From the NCBI GenBank assembly GCA_040954595.2, contig CM082578.2, positions 277,740 through 341,739 of the forward strand: a stretch of 64,000 nt of DNA. Reading direction: 5' to 3'. The DNA comes from Balanoglossus misakiensis (lineage: Eukaryota; Animalia; Hemichordata). Position 1 is the first letter of the stretch, and every line of letters begins with the position of its first letter. Positions 24,501 to 35,970 of this stretch are shown in pieces. The position numbers and the translations under genes were made by a program. The notes under the pieces were generated by a model, which saw nothing but the letters and a program-made list of their open reading frames with translations, made no database searches and was not told the DNA's origin.

Positions 24501-25265
24501 TCTGTATTTGAGCAGAAAGGCCTGAATTTAAATCAGAAATTGAAGTGGTTAGGATTGACACTTTCTGTTCCAAACAAGTTAAAAAATTGTACCAAAGCAC
24601 ATAGTGTACATAAGCTTTGTATTTCATTGAATGGCACAATCTGTAATTTAGACACTTTAACGAAAAAGAGTTTGAAATGTAATTTGAACGACCGTATTAT
24701 AGAGACTCCAAAAAGTCAAGCAACACTGGAAAAAATGTTGAATATATTTAATCTAAACTGGGAAAAAATGTATGACTTCACTTACAAGTTATCAATACAT
24801 TGTAAGGCTAGAGCTTTTCAATTTAAATTACTTCACAATATTTTGTATACAAACAAACAGCTAAACAGGTACAATCCACAGAAATTTCCAACTGCTCTTT
24901 GTGATTTATGTAAAGTGGAAACAGAGTCCATCGACCATTTATTTCATAGTTGCAATTGTACTACTGCTCTCTGGAGGGACCTACTGTTTACGTTGGGTAT
25001 CCCTCTTAAATTGAAAAAACCACCATCAGTGTTATGTATGGTTTTGGGTGACCCAAACGAGACTTTTATAGTCAATTTTATAGCAATGCAAGTTAGAATG
25101 TACATTTACTACTGTAAATTAAATAATCGAATTCCGAATATCACTGGGTTTATTGTTCAGCTCAAAAACATACATGAAATTGAACTTAAGATTGCAACTG
25201 CAAATCATAAAATGTATTTTCATCTTAAAAAATGGTCATCACTTATGAGGTATATAACAAACTGA
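21552..25265 (+). CDS. L1/Tx1 ORF2p: APE endonuclease, reverse transcriptase, C-terminal CCHC zinc finger (1237 aa, uninterrupted)
   Basis: TFNTRGL, FLQETHS, NVYAPN, GGDLN, SRLDYFF, SDHSAV, GPGYWKFN, RSRINWYEKGEK, KSPGNDGL, NWRPISLMNVD, DFEKAFDTV, GVRQGDPLSP, FADD, CDLCKVETESIDHLFHSC. Confidence 0.96.
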   Translation: MDFSVLTFNTRGLRSFKKRKKLGCWLNSKNPTFTFLQETHSVKDDVHFWSTQFNGRCWFSHGTNNSRGVITIINNPNIIVNNSVTDDMGRFILIDVNLDNTPCILLNVYAPNIEKEHVIFLEEMYFLLVKYVTDPNTIVILGGDLNFTYNIALDRSGGNPKPWGKSIALLDRISDVFNLIDIWRVRHEEKRGFTWRRRRPYITQSRLDYFFISSDLQQQISSVQIIPGVDSDHSAVSLVYKSCQNERGPGYWKFNSSLIYDSTFKTILHDNIDEWISESTRLNDGVRWDFIKFKIRGFVIDYSKTVAKKRRQNLQNLELSVNFLEGLCSNHPTVQNYEMLESAKSDLEKVYDYITEGAVVRSRINWYEKGEKCNKFFLGLEKVNKRNSSISNLKKDEYTIIDNPKNILCEIKQFYAKLYSRCATNSNDVHYFLDANLPMLSENDKVLCEGPLTPGEVFSVLLSLPDNKSPGNDGLTKEFYVAFWPQVGNLVLNSLNYGYRTGEFSNSQKQSVITLIDKPGKDQLYLKNWRPISLMNVDMKLASKCLVKRIEKVLPCLIGDSQAAFVRGRNIGDYIRLIDEIFHHTCNADIPAILLAIDFEKAFDTVSWDYLYNTLSSFNFGVSFINWVKALYFNIESTVMNNGFGTGYFKLEKGVRQGDPLSPMLFILVLETLLHSIRNNRQISGINIGSVEIKESAFADDMTCFLSNENSVRIVFEMLTSFYNASGLKVNKDKTEAVWLGKWRLRKDEAFGVKWPTPTIKIVGIHFSYNEKIAQEKNIVTPVENLKKVLNMWKTRNLTIIGKVQVIKSLAISKLTYVLTHVIFPNEVIGRVHKLIYNFLWNGQDRVRRNVMIGEVGQGGLKMPNLDVMIKTKQVLLIKRLLNEECKHPWKHIVLHSLEKVGGKLLFKCNFRTNLLPVQVSSFINNCLVTWSEINIIPNTTDQVIWNNRNVLVGGKSVFYKAFSDAGFNFIPDMFTGFNRVSWSVFEQKGLNLNQKLKWLGLTLSVPNKLKNCTKAHSVHKLCISLNGTICNLDTLTKKSLKCNLNDRIIETPKSQATLEKMLNIFNLNWEKMYDFTYKLSIHCKARAFQFKLLHNILYTNKQLNRYNPQKFPTALCDLCKVETESIDHLFHSCNCTTALWRDLLFTLGIPLKLKKPPSVLCMVLGDPNETFIVNFIAMQVRMYIYYCKLNNRIPNITGFIVQLKNIHEIELKIATANHKMYFHLKKWSSLMRYITN

Positions 25266-28200
25266 GAATACCAGATTGTTTTGTTTTTTTTTTTCTCTTC
25301 TTTCCATTAAGTTATGCTTCCAAAAAATAATTGTCAATTTTTTTTTTTTTTTTTTTTTTAAATCTACTTATGTATCAAAATGACTGTTTGTGTTCCCAAT
25401 AAAAAGTATTAAAAAAAAAAAAAAAAAAAAAGTCACAGCGGGTCAACACTCGACATTTGTTCCGGTAGGACTGCATTATTGCCTGTCAATTTATAGAGAA
25501 AGCCCAAATTTAACCAGGGCGTTTCAAACACCGACGTTAGTTGGGGGCACGGCCTGCAGTACTGCCGGGTAAGCTGACATCAGCGTACCGCATATAATGT
25601 AGGGGGGGGGAACAGAACGGTTAAATACTACATTTATCAGATATCAGCTAATTTTGGACAATCATCTAAAATGTAAATCATCTTTTCATTTTTGGATATC
25701 TGATGATGTATGACATTTCCATTATATGTAAAAATGGTGCTGATTATAAAAATGCACTCTGAATGAGCTGATTTAATGCAAAATTGCGTTTTATTCGTTT
25801 TTGCACCAAAAAGGTCATTTTTAGGCAAAACATTCTTTATTTTTTTAATTCGGTGACCTGATCATATATAAACAATTGCTTGTATGTTAAAAGTTTTTAT
25901 GACTTTTAAAAGCAGTGACACTGGCGGCATTCAACACGAAAATAACAATTTTAGCCACAATTTGGTCAAAATGGTAAATTTTTGAAAATTACAAAAAATA
26001 CCTGTTTTCTACATTTTCGGAAATCTGATGGAGTATAGAATGCTCTTCGTATGTATATATCGATACAAATTCCACAAAAGACCGTCTAATTTGGCTCACT
26101 GCAGACAAAATTGCGTTTTACAAAATTTTCCTTGAAAATGTCATTTTTAGAAAAAAAAAATAAAAAAACCTTTTATTTTCGAATTTGGTGCCCTGATCAT
26201 ATATGACATGTTGATTGTATGTTAAAACTTTCCAAAAATGCAGAGATATTGACGGAATTCAAGAAAAAATAGCCATTTTGGCCATATTTTGACAAAAATG
26301 GTAAATTTTTAAAAAATCATAAAAAATTAACTCTTTTCTTCATTTTCGGAAATATTATGGAGCATGAAGTGTCGTTCTCTTGTAAAAAGTGCTGCAAATT
26401 CCAGAAAAGGCGGTATAATTTGAATCACCCAAGACAAAATTACCATTTTCGACTTTTTTTCAAAAAATTGTCTTTTTTACAAAATAAATAAGAATTAATT
26501 CTTTTCTTAGTTTCAAACGGGTAGAGATACTTTCCACACGGGTTTTCTAACATTGAATTCCCGTTCATCAACTCAGATTGCCTACAGCATAAGTCGGCTA
26601 AAACCCTGAGACTTTAGAGCAGAAACAGTTGCACACTGGTAACGTTGAACAAGTCGATTTTTCTACGGCCTGGCTCGGCTAAATCTCCGTCACAATATGA
26701 CAGACACTATCGTACGTTAGCAACGGTGATCAAGTCAGATTTTCAACGGCATGGGTTGGATAAAGCCCCGGCACTCTAGAGCAGAAACACGCGTACAGAG
26801 ACCACGTTGATCAAGTCTGATCTCCTACGGCTTGGCTCGACTAAAACCCCGGCACACTATGACAGACACTAGCGTTCGTTAGCAACGTTGATCAAGTCAG
26901 ATTTCCTACGGCATGGCTTTGCTAAAGCCCTGACACTCTAGAGCAGAAACACGCGTACAGAGACCACGTTGATCTACTCACATTTCCTTCGGCCTGGCAC
27001 GGCTGATGCCCCGGCACTATATATAGGACACAGACTGGCGTAAGTTAACAACGGTAATCACGTCGGGTTTCCTACGGCCTGGCTCAGCTGAAGCCCCGGC
27101 ACTCTAGAGCAGAAACAGGCGTACATTGACCACGTTGATCAAGTCAGATTTCCTACGGCGTGACTCGGCTGGTGCACCGGCTCTATATGACACAGACTGG
27201 CGTAAGTTATCAACGGTGATTACGTCGGATTTCCTACGGCCTGGTTTAGCTGAAGCCCCGGCACTTTAGAGCGGAAACACGCGTACATTGACCACGATGA
27301 TCAAGTCAGATCTCCTACGGCCTGGCTCGACTAAAACCCCGGCACACCATGACAGACATTAGCGTTCGTTAGCAACGGTGATCAAGTCGGATTTCCTTCG
27401 GCCTGGCTCTGTAAAAGACCCGACACTCTAGTACAAAGACGTTGGCTAAGTCGGGCAAACCGAACAGGGAAAGTCACAGCGGGTCAACACTCGACATTTG
27501 TTCCGGTAGGACTGCATTATTGCCTGTCAATTTATAGAGAAAGCCCGAATTTAACCAGGGCGTTTCAAACAAGGACGTTATTTGGGGGCACGGCCTGCAG
27601 TACTGCCGGGTAAGCTGACATCGACGTACCGCATATAATGTAGGGGGGGGGGGGGACAGAACGGTTCAATACTACATTTATTAGATATCAGCTAATTTTG
27701 GACAATCATCTAAAATCTAAATCATTTTTTCATATTTGGATATCTGATGATGTATGAAATTTCCATTATATGTAAAAATGGTGCTGATTATAAAAAATGC
27801 ACTCTGAATGAGCTGATTTAATACAAAATTGCGTTTTATTCGTTTTTGCACCAAAAAGGTCATTTTTAGGCAAAACATTCTTTATTTTTTTAATTCGGTG
27901 ACCTGATCATATATAAACAATTGCTTGTATGTTAAAAGTTTTTATGACTTTTAAAAGCAGTGACACTGGCGGCATTCAACACGAAAATAACAATTTTAGC
28001 CACAATTTGGTCAAAATGGTAAATTTTTGAAAATTACAAAAAATACCTGTTTTCTACATTTTCGGAAATCTGATGGAGTATAGAATGCTCTTCGTACGTA
28101 TATATCGATACAAATTCCACAAAAGACCGTCTAATTTGGCTCACTGCAGACAAAATTGCGTTTTACAAAATTTTCCTTGAAAATGTCATTTTTAGAAAAA

Positions 28201-28615
28201 AAAAATAAAAAAACCTTTTATCTTCGAATTTGGTGCCCTGATCATATATGACATGTTGATTGTATGTTAAAACTTTCGACCACTCCAAAAATGCAGAGAT
28301 ATTGACGGAATTCAAGAAAAAATAGCCATTTTGGCCATATTTTGACAAAAATGGTAAATTTTTAAAAAATCATAAAAAATTAACTCTTTTCTTCATTTTC
28401 GGAAATATTATGGAGCATGAAGTGTCGTTCTCTTGTAAAAAGTGCTGCAAATTCCAGAAAAGGCGGTATAATTTGAATCACCCAAGACAAAATTACCATT
28501 TTCGACTTTTTTTCGAAAAATTGTCTTTTTTACAAAATAAATAAGAATTAATTCTTTTCTTAGTTTCAAACGGGTAGAGATACTTTCCACACGGGTTTTC
28601 TAACATTGAATTCCC

Positions 28616-29500
28616 GTTCATCAACTCAGATTTCCTACAGCATAAGTCGGCTAAAACCCTGAGACTTTAGAGCAGAAACAGTTGCACACTGGTAACGTTG
28701 AAAAAGTCGATTTTTCTACGGCCTGGCTCGGCTAAATCTCCGTCACAATATGACAGACACTATCGTACGTTAGCAACGGTGATCAAGTCAGATTTTCAAC
28801 GGCATGGGTTGGATAAAGCCCCGGCACTCTAGAGCAGAAACACGCGTACAGAGACCACGTTGATCAAGTCTGATCTCCTACGGCTTGGCTCGACTAAAAC
28901 CCCTGCACACTATGACAGACACTAGCGTTCGTTAGCAACGTTGATCAAGTCAGATTTCCTACGGCATGGCTTTGCTAAAGCCCTGACACTCTAGAGCAGA
29001 AACACGCGTACAGAGACCACGTTGATCTACTCACATTTCCTTCGGCCTGGCACGGCTGATGCCCCGGCACTATATATAGGACACAGACTGGCGTAAGTTA
29101 ACAACGGTAATCACGTCGGGTTTCCTACGGCCTGGCTCAGCTGAAGCCCCGGCACTCTAGAGCAGAAACAGGCGTACATTGACCACGTTGATCAAGTCAG
29201 ATTTCCTACGGCGTGACTCGGCTGGTGCACCGGCTCTATATGACACAGACTGGCGTAAGTTATCAACGGTGATTACGTCGGATTTCCTACGGCCTGGTTT
29301 AGCTGAAGCCCCGGCACTTTAGAGCGGAAACACGCGTACATTGACCACGATGATCAAGTCAGATCTCCTACGGCCTGGCTCGACTAAAACCCCGGCACAC
29401 CATGACAGACACTAGCGTTCGTTAGCAACGGTGATCAAGTCGGATTTCCTTCGGCCTGGCTCTGCAAAAGACCCGACACTCTAGTACAAAGACGTTGGCT
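28616..29500 (+). repeat. Reference example of the internal 81-bp subrepeat array (11 copies, alternating A/B types = 162-bp dimer)
   Basis: Register positions ~28616, 28697, 28778, 28859, 28940, 29021, 29106 (one 85-bp copy with extra TATA), 29187, 29268, 29349 and 29430. Type A carries CTCTAGAGCAGAAACACGCG; type B carries TATGACAGACACTAGCG or TATGACACAGACTGGCG. Confidence 0.93.
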
Positions 29501-32428
29501 AAGTCGGGCAAACCGAACAGGGAAAGTCACAGCGGGTCAACACTCGACATTTGTTCCGGTAGGACTGCTTTATTGCCTGTCAATTTATAGAGAAAGCCCG
29601 AATTTAACCAGGGCGTTTCAAACACCGACGTTAGTTGGGGGCACGGCCTGCAGTACTGCCGGGTAAGCTGACATCAGCGTACCGCATATAATGTAGGGGG
29701 GGGGGGGGAACAGAACGGTTAAATACTACATTTATCAGATATCAGCTAATTTTGGACAATCATCTAAAATGTAAATCATCTTTTCATATTTGGATATCTG
29801 ATGAAGTATGAAATTTCCAATATATGTAAAAATGGTGCTGATTATAAAAAATGCACTCTGAATGAGCTGATTTAATACAAAATTGCGTTTTATTCGTTTT
29901 TGCACCAAAAAGGTCATTTTTAGGCAAAACATTCTTTATTTTTTTAATTCGGTGACCTGATCATATATAAGCAATTGCTTGCATGTTAAAAGTTTTTATG
30001 ACTTTTAAAAGCAGTGACACTGGCGGCATTCAACACGAAAATAACAATTTTAACCACAATTTGGTCAAAATGGTAAATTTTTGAAAATTACAAAAAATAC
30101 CTGTTTTCTACATTTTCGGAAATCTGATGGAGTATAGAATGCTCTTCGTATATATATATCGATACAAATTCCACAAAAGACCGTCTAATTTGGCTCACTG
30201 CAGACAAAATTGCGTATTACCAAATTTTCCTTGAAAATGTCATTTTTAGAAAAATAAAATAAAAAAACCTTCGTTCTTCGAATTTGGTGCCCTGATCATA
30301 TATGATATGTTGATTGTATGTTAAAACTTTCGACCACTCCAAAAATGCAGAGATATTGACGGAATTCAAGAAAAAATAGCCATTTTGGCCATATTTTGAC
30401 AAAATGGTACATTTTTAAAAAATCATAAAAAATAAACTCTTTTCTTCATTTTCGGAAATATTATGGAGCATGAAGTGTCGTTCTCTTGTAAAAAGTGCTG
30501 CAAATTCCAGAAAAGGCGGTATAATTTGAATCACCCAAGACAAAATTACCATTTTCGACTTTTTTTCGAAAAATTGTCTTTTTTACAAAATAAATAAGAA
30601 TTAATTCTTTTCTTAGTTTCAAACGGGTAGAGATACTTTCCACACGGGTTTTCTAACATTGAATTCCCGTTCATCAACTCAGATTTCCTACAGCATAAGT
30701 CGGCTAAAACCCTGAGACTTTAGAGCAGAAACAGTTGCACACTGGTAACGTTGAACAAGTCGATTTTTCTACGGCCTGGCTCGGCTAAATCTCCGTCACA
30801 ATATGACAGACACTATCGTACGTTAGCAACGGTGATCAAGTCAGATTTTCAACGGCATGGGTTGGATAAAGCCCCGGCACTCTAGAGCAGAAACACGCGT
30901 ACAGAGACCACGTTGATCAAGTCTGATCTCCTACGGCTTGGCTCGACTAAAACCCCGGCACACTATGACAGACACTAGCGTTCGTTAGCAACGTTGATCA
31001 AGTCAGATTTCCTACGGCATGGCTTTGCTAAAGCCCTGACACTCTAGAGCAGAAACACGCGTACAGAGACCACGTTGATCTACTCACATTTCCTTCGGCC
31101 TGGCACGGCTGATGCCCCGGCACTATATATAGGACACAGACTGGCGTAAGTTAACAACGGTAATCACGTCGGGTTTCCTACGGCCTGGCTCAGCTGAAGC
31201 CCCGGCACTCTAGAGCAGAAACAGGCGTACATTGACCACGTTGATCAAGTCAGATTTCCTACGGCGTGACTCGGCTGGTGCACCGGCTCTATATGACACA
31301 GACTGGCGTAAGTTATCAACGGTGATTACGTCGGATTTCCTACGGCCTGGTTTAGCTGAAGCCCCGGCACTTTAGAGCGGAAACACGCGTACATTGACCA
31401 CGATGATCAAGTCAGATCTCCTACGGCCTGGCTCGACTAAAACCCCGGCACACCATGACAGACACTAGCGTTCGTTAGCAACGGTGATCAAGTCGGATTT
31501 CCTTCGGCCTGGCTCTGCAAAAGACCCGACACTCTAGTACAAAGACGTTGGCTAAGTCGGGCAAACCGAACAGGGAAAGTCACAGCGGGTCAACACTCGA
31601 CATTTGTTCCGGTAGGACTGCTTTATTGCCTGTCAATTTATAGAGAAAGCCCGAATTTAACCAGGGCGTTTCAAACACCGACGTTAGTTGGGGGCACGGC
31701 CTGCAGTACTGCCGGGTAAGCTGACATCAGCGTACCGCATATAATGTAGGGGGGGGGGGGAACAGAACGGTTAAATACTACATTTATCAGATATCAGCTA
31801 ATTTTGGACAATCATCTAAAATGTAAATCATCTTTTCATATTTGGATATCTGATGAAGTATGAAATTTCCAATATATGTAAAAATGGTGCTGATTATAAA
31901 AAATGCACTCTGAATGAGCTGATTTAATACAAAATTGCGTTTTATTCGTTTTTGCACCAAAAAGGTCATTTTTAGGCAAAACATTCTTTATTTTTTTAAT
32001 TCGGTGACCTGATCATATATAAGCAATTGCTTGCATGTTAAAAGTTTTTATGACTTTTAAAAGCAGTGACACTGGCGGCATTCAACACGAAAATAACAAT
32101 TTTAACCACAATTTGGTCAAAATGGTAAATTTTTGAAAATTATAAAAAATACCTGTTTTCTACATTTTCGGAAATCTGATGGAGTATAGAATGCTCTTCG
32201 TATATATATATCGATACAAATTCCACAAAAGACCGTCTAATTTGGCTCACTGCAGACAAAATTGCGTTTTACCAAATTTTCCTTGAAAATGTCATTTTTA
32301 GAAAAATAAAATAAAAAAACCTTCGTTCTTCGAATTTGGTGCCCTGATCATATATGATATGTTGATTGTATGTTAAAACTTTCGACCACTCCAAAAATGC
32401 AGAGATATTGACGGAATTCAAGAAAAAA

Positions 32429-32434
32429 TAGCCA
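32429..32434. other. Orientation switch (inversion breakpoint) of the macrosatellite array
   Basis: The forward unit reads GAAAAAATAGCCATTTTGG and the reverse unit reads GACTTAGCCAACGTCTTTG. The junction GAAAAAA-TAGCCA-ACGTCTTTG shares TAGCCA. Confidence 0.95.
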
Positions 32435-35099
32435 ACGTCTTTGTACTAGAGTGTCGGGTCTTTTGCAGAGCCAGGCCGAAGGAAATCCGACTTGATCACC
32501 GTTGCTAACGAACGCTAGTGTCTGTCATGGTGTGCCGGGGTTTTAGTCGAGCCAGGCCGTAGGAGATCTGACTTGATCATCGTGGTCAATGTACGCGTGT
32601 TTCCGCTTTAAAGTGCCGGGGCTTCAGCTAAACCAGGCCGTAGGAAATCCGACGTAATCACCGTTGATAACTTACGCCAGTCTGTGTCATATAGAGCCGG
32701 TGCACCAGCCGAGTCACGCCGTAGGAAATCTGACTTGATCAACGTGGTCAATGTACGCCTGTTTCTGCTCTAGAGTGCCGGGGCTTTATCCAACCCATGC
32801 CGTTGAAAATCTGACTTGATCACCGTTGCTAACGTACGCTAGTGTCTGTCATATTGTGACGAGATTTAGCCGTGCCAGGCCGTAGAAAAATCGACTTGTT
32901 CAACGTTATCAGTGTGCAACTGTTTCTGCTCTAGAGTGTCAGGGTTTTAGCCGACTCATGCTGTAGGAAATCTGAGTTGATAAACGGGAATTCAATGTTT
33001 GAAAACCCGTGTGGAAAGTATCTCTACCCGTTTGAAACTAAGAAAAGAATTTATTCTTATTTATTTTGTAAAAAAGACAATTTTTCGAAAACAAGTCGAA
33101 AATGGTAATTTTGTCTTGGGTGATTCAAATTATACCACATTTTCTGGAATTTGCAGCACTTTTTACAAAAGAACGACACATCATGCTCCATAATATTTCC
33201 GAAAATGAAGAAAAGAGTTTATTTTTTATGATTTTTTAAAAATGTACCATTTTGTCAAAATATGGCCAAAATGGCTATTTTTTCTTGAATTCCGTCAATA
33301 TCTCTGCATTTTTGGAGTGGTCGAAAGTTTTAACATACAATCAACATGTCATATATGATCAGGGCACCAAATTCGAAGAACGAAGGTTTTTTTATTTTAT
33401 TTTTCTAAAAATGACATTTTCAAGGAAAATTTGGTAAAACGCAATTTTGTCTGCAGTGAGCCAAATTAGACGGTCTTTTGTGGAATTTGTATCGATATAT
33501 ATATACGAAGAGCATTCTATACTCCATCAGATTTCCGAAAATGTAGAAAACAGGTATTTTTTGTAATTTTCAAAAATTTACCATTTTGACCAAATTGTGG
33601 TTAAAATTGTTATTTTCGTGTTGAATGCCGCCAGTGTCACTGCTTTTAAAAGTCATAAAAACTTTTAACATGCAAGAAATTGCTTATATATGATCAGGTC
33701 ACCGAATTAAAAAAAATAAAGAATGTTTTGCCTAAAAATGACCTTTTTGGTGCAAAAACGAATAAAACGCAATTTTGTATTAAATCAGCTCATTCAGAGT
33801 GCATTTTTTATAATCAGCACCATTTTTACATATATTGGAAATTTCATACTTCATCAGATATCCAAATATGAAAAGATGATTTACATTTTAGATGATTGTC
33901 CAAAATTAGCTGATATCTGATAAATGTAGTATTTAACCGTTCTGTTCCCCCCCCCCCTACATTATATGCGGTACGCTGATGTCAGCTTACCCGGCAGTAC
34001 TGCAGGCCGTGCCCCCAACTAACGTCGGTGTTTGAAACGCCCTGGTTAAATTCGGGCTTTCTCTATAAATTGACAGGCAATAAAGCAGTCCTACCGGAAC
34101 AAATGTCGAGTGTTGACCCGCTGTGACTTTCCCTGTTCGGTTTGCCCGACTTAGCCAACGTCTTTGTACTAGAGTGTCGGGTCTTTTGCAGAGCCAGGCC
34201 GAAGGAAATCCGACTTGATCACCGTTGCTAACGAACGCTAGTGTCTGTCATGGTGTGCCGGGGTTTTAGTCGAGCCAGGCCGTAGGAGATCTGACTTGAT
34301 CATCGTGGTCAATGTACGCGTGTTTCCGCTTTAAAGTGCCGGGGCTTCAGCTAAACCAGGCCGTAGGAAATCCGACGTAATCACCGTTGATAACTTACGC
34401 CAGTCTGTGTCATATAGAGCCGGTGCACCAGCCGAGTCACGCCGTAGGAAATCTGACTTGATCAACGTGGTCAATGTACGCCTGTTTCTGCTCTAGAGTG
34501 CCGGGGCTTCAGCTGAGCCAGGCCGTAGGAAACCCGACGTGATTACCGTTGTTAACTTACGCCAGTCTGTGTCCTATATATAGTGCCGGGGCATCAGCCG
34601 TGCCAGGCCGAAGGAAATGTGAGTAGATCAACGTGGTCTCTGTACGCGTGTTTCTGCTCTAGAGTGTCAGGGCTTTAGCAAAGCCATGCCGTAGGAAATC
34701 TGACTTGATCAACGTTGCTAACGAACGCTAGTGTCTGTCATAGTGTGCCGGGGTTTTAGTCGAGCCAAGCCGTAGGAGATCAGACTTGATCAACGTGGTC
34801 TCTGTATGCGTGTTTCTGCTCTAGAGTGCCGGGGCTTCATCCAACCCATGCCGTTGAAAATCTGACTTGATCACCGTTGCTAACGTACGCTAGTGTCTGT
34901 CATATTGTGACGAGATTTAGCCGTGCCAGGCCGTAGAAAAATCGACTTGTTCAACGTTATCAGTGTGCAACTGTTTCTGCTCTAGAGTGTCAGGGTTTTA
35001 GCCGACTTATGCTGTAGGAAATCTGAGTTGATAAACGGGAATTCAATGTTAGAAAACCCGTGTGGAAAGTATCTCTACCCGTTTGAAGCTAAGAAAAGA

Positions 35100-35970
35100 A
35101 TTTATTCTTATTTATTTTGTAAAAAAGACAATTTTTCGAAAACAAGTCGAAAATGGTAATTTTGTCTTGGGTGATTCAAATTATACCACATTTTCTGGAA
35201 TTTGCAGCACTTTTTACAAGAGAACGACACTTCATGCTCCATAATATTTCCGAAAATGAAGAAAAGAGTTTATTTTTTATGATTTTTTAAAAATGTACCA
35301 TTTTGTCAAAATATGGCCAAAATGGCTATTTTTTCTTGAATTCCGTCAATATCTCTGCATTTTTGGAGTGGTCGAAAGTTTTAACATACAATCAACATAT
35401 CATATATGATCAGGGCACCAAATTCGAAGAACGAAGGTTTTTTTATTTTATTTTTCTAAAAATGACATTTTCAAGGAAAATTTGGTAAAACGCAATTTTG
35501 TCTGCAGTGAGCCAAATTAGACGGTCTTTTGTGGAATTTGTATCGATATATATATACGAAGAGCATTCTATACTCCATCAGATTTCCGAAAATGTAGAAA
35601 GCAGGTATTTTTTGTAATTTTCAAAAATTTACCATTTTGACCAAATTGTGGTTAAAATTGTTATTTTCGTGTTGAATGCCGCCAGTGTCACTGCTTTTAA
35701 AAGTCATAAAAACTTTTAACATGCAAGCAATTGCTTATATATGATCAGGTCACCGAATTAAAAAAATAAAGAATGTTTTGCCTAAAAATGACCTTTTTGG
35801 TGCAAAAACGAATAAAACGCAATTTTGTATTAAATCAGCTCATTCAGAGTGCATTTTTTATAATCAGCACCATTTTTACATATATTGGAAATTTCATACA
35901 TCATCAGATATCCAAATATGAAAAGATGATTTACATTTTAGATGATTGTCCAAAATTAGCTGATATCTGA
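35100..35970. repeat. Reference example of ~330-bp diverged subrepeats (~3 copies) making up the AT-rich half of the unit
   Basis: CTCCATAATATTTCCGAAAATGAAG (~35237), CTCCATCAGATTTCCGAAAATGTAG (~35573) and CATCATCAGATATCCAAATATGAAA (~35899). AAAAAAGACAATTTT, AAAAATGACATTTT and AAAAATGACCTTTT show the same ~330-bp spacing. Confidence 0.85.

Larger units (their letters stand above)
20805..25431 (+). mobile_element. L1-clade (Tx1-like) non-LTR retrotransposon, 5'-truncated within ORF1, intact ORF2
   Basis: TSD (AAA)GTCACAGCGGGTCA at 20788/20791-20804 and 25429/25432-25445. AATAAA at 25398-25403, poly(A) at 25411-25431, ~460-bp inter-ORF spacer. Confidence 0.95.
25432..32434 (+). repeat. Macrosatellite, forward segment 4 (~3.4 near-identical ~2053-bp units)
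   Basis: Markers at 28408 and 30461 (offset 2053), and 29735 and 31787 (offset 2052). Poly-G at ~25602, 27643, 29696 and 31748. Confidence 0.97.

Noticed and set aside
28616-29500. CRISPR-like array (regular ~81-bp period)
   Set aside because: The whole monomer is repeated with no unique spacers. There are no cas genes and the context is eukaryotic.
1-32434. rDNA intergenic spacer (81-bp enhancer-like repeats)
   Set aside because: No 18S, 5.8S or 28S sequence anywhere. The period match to Xenopus 60/81-bp repeats appears coincidental.
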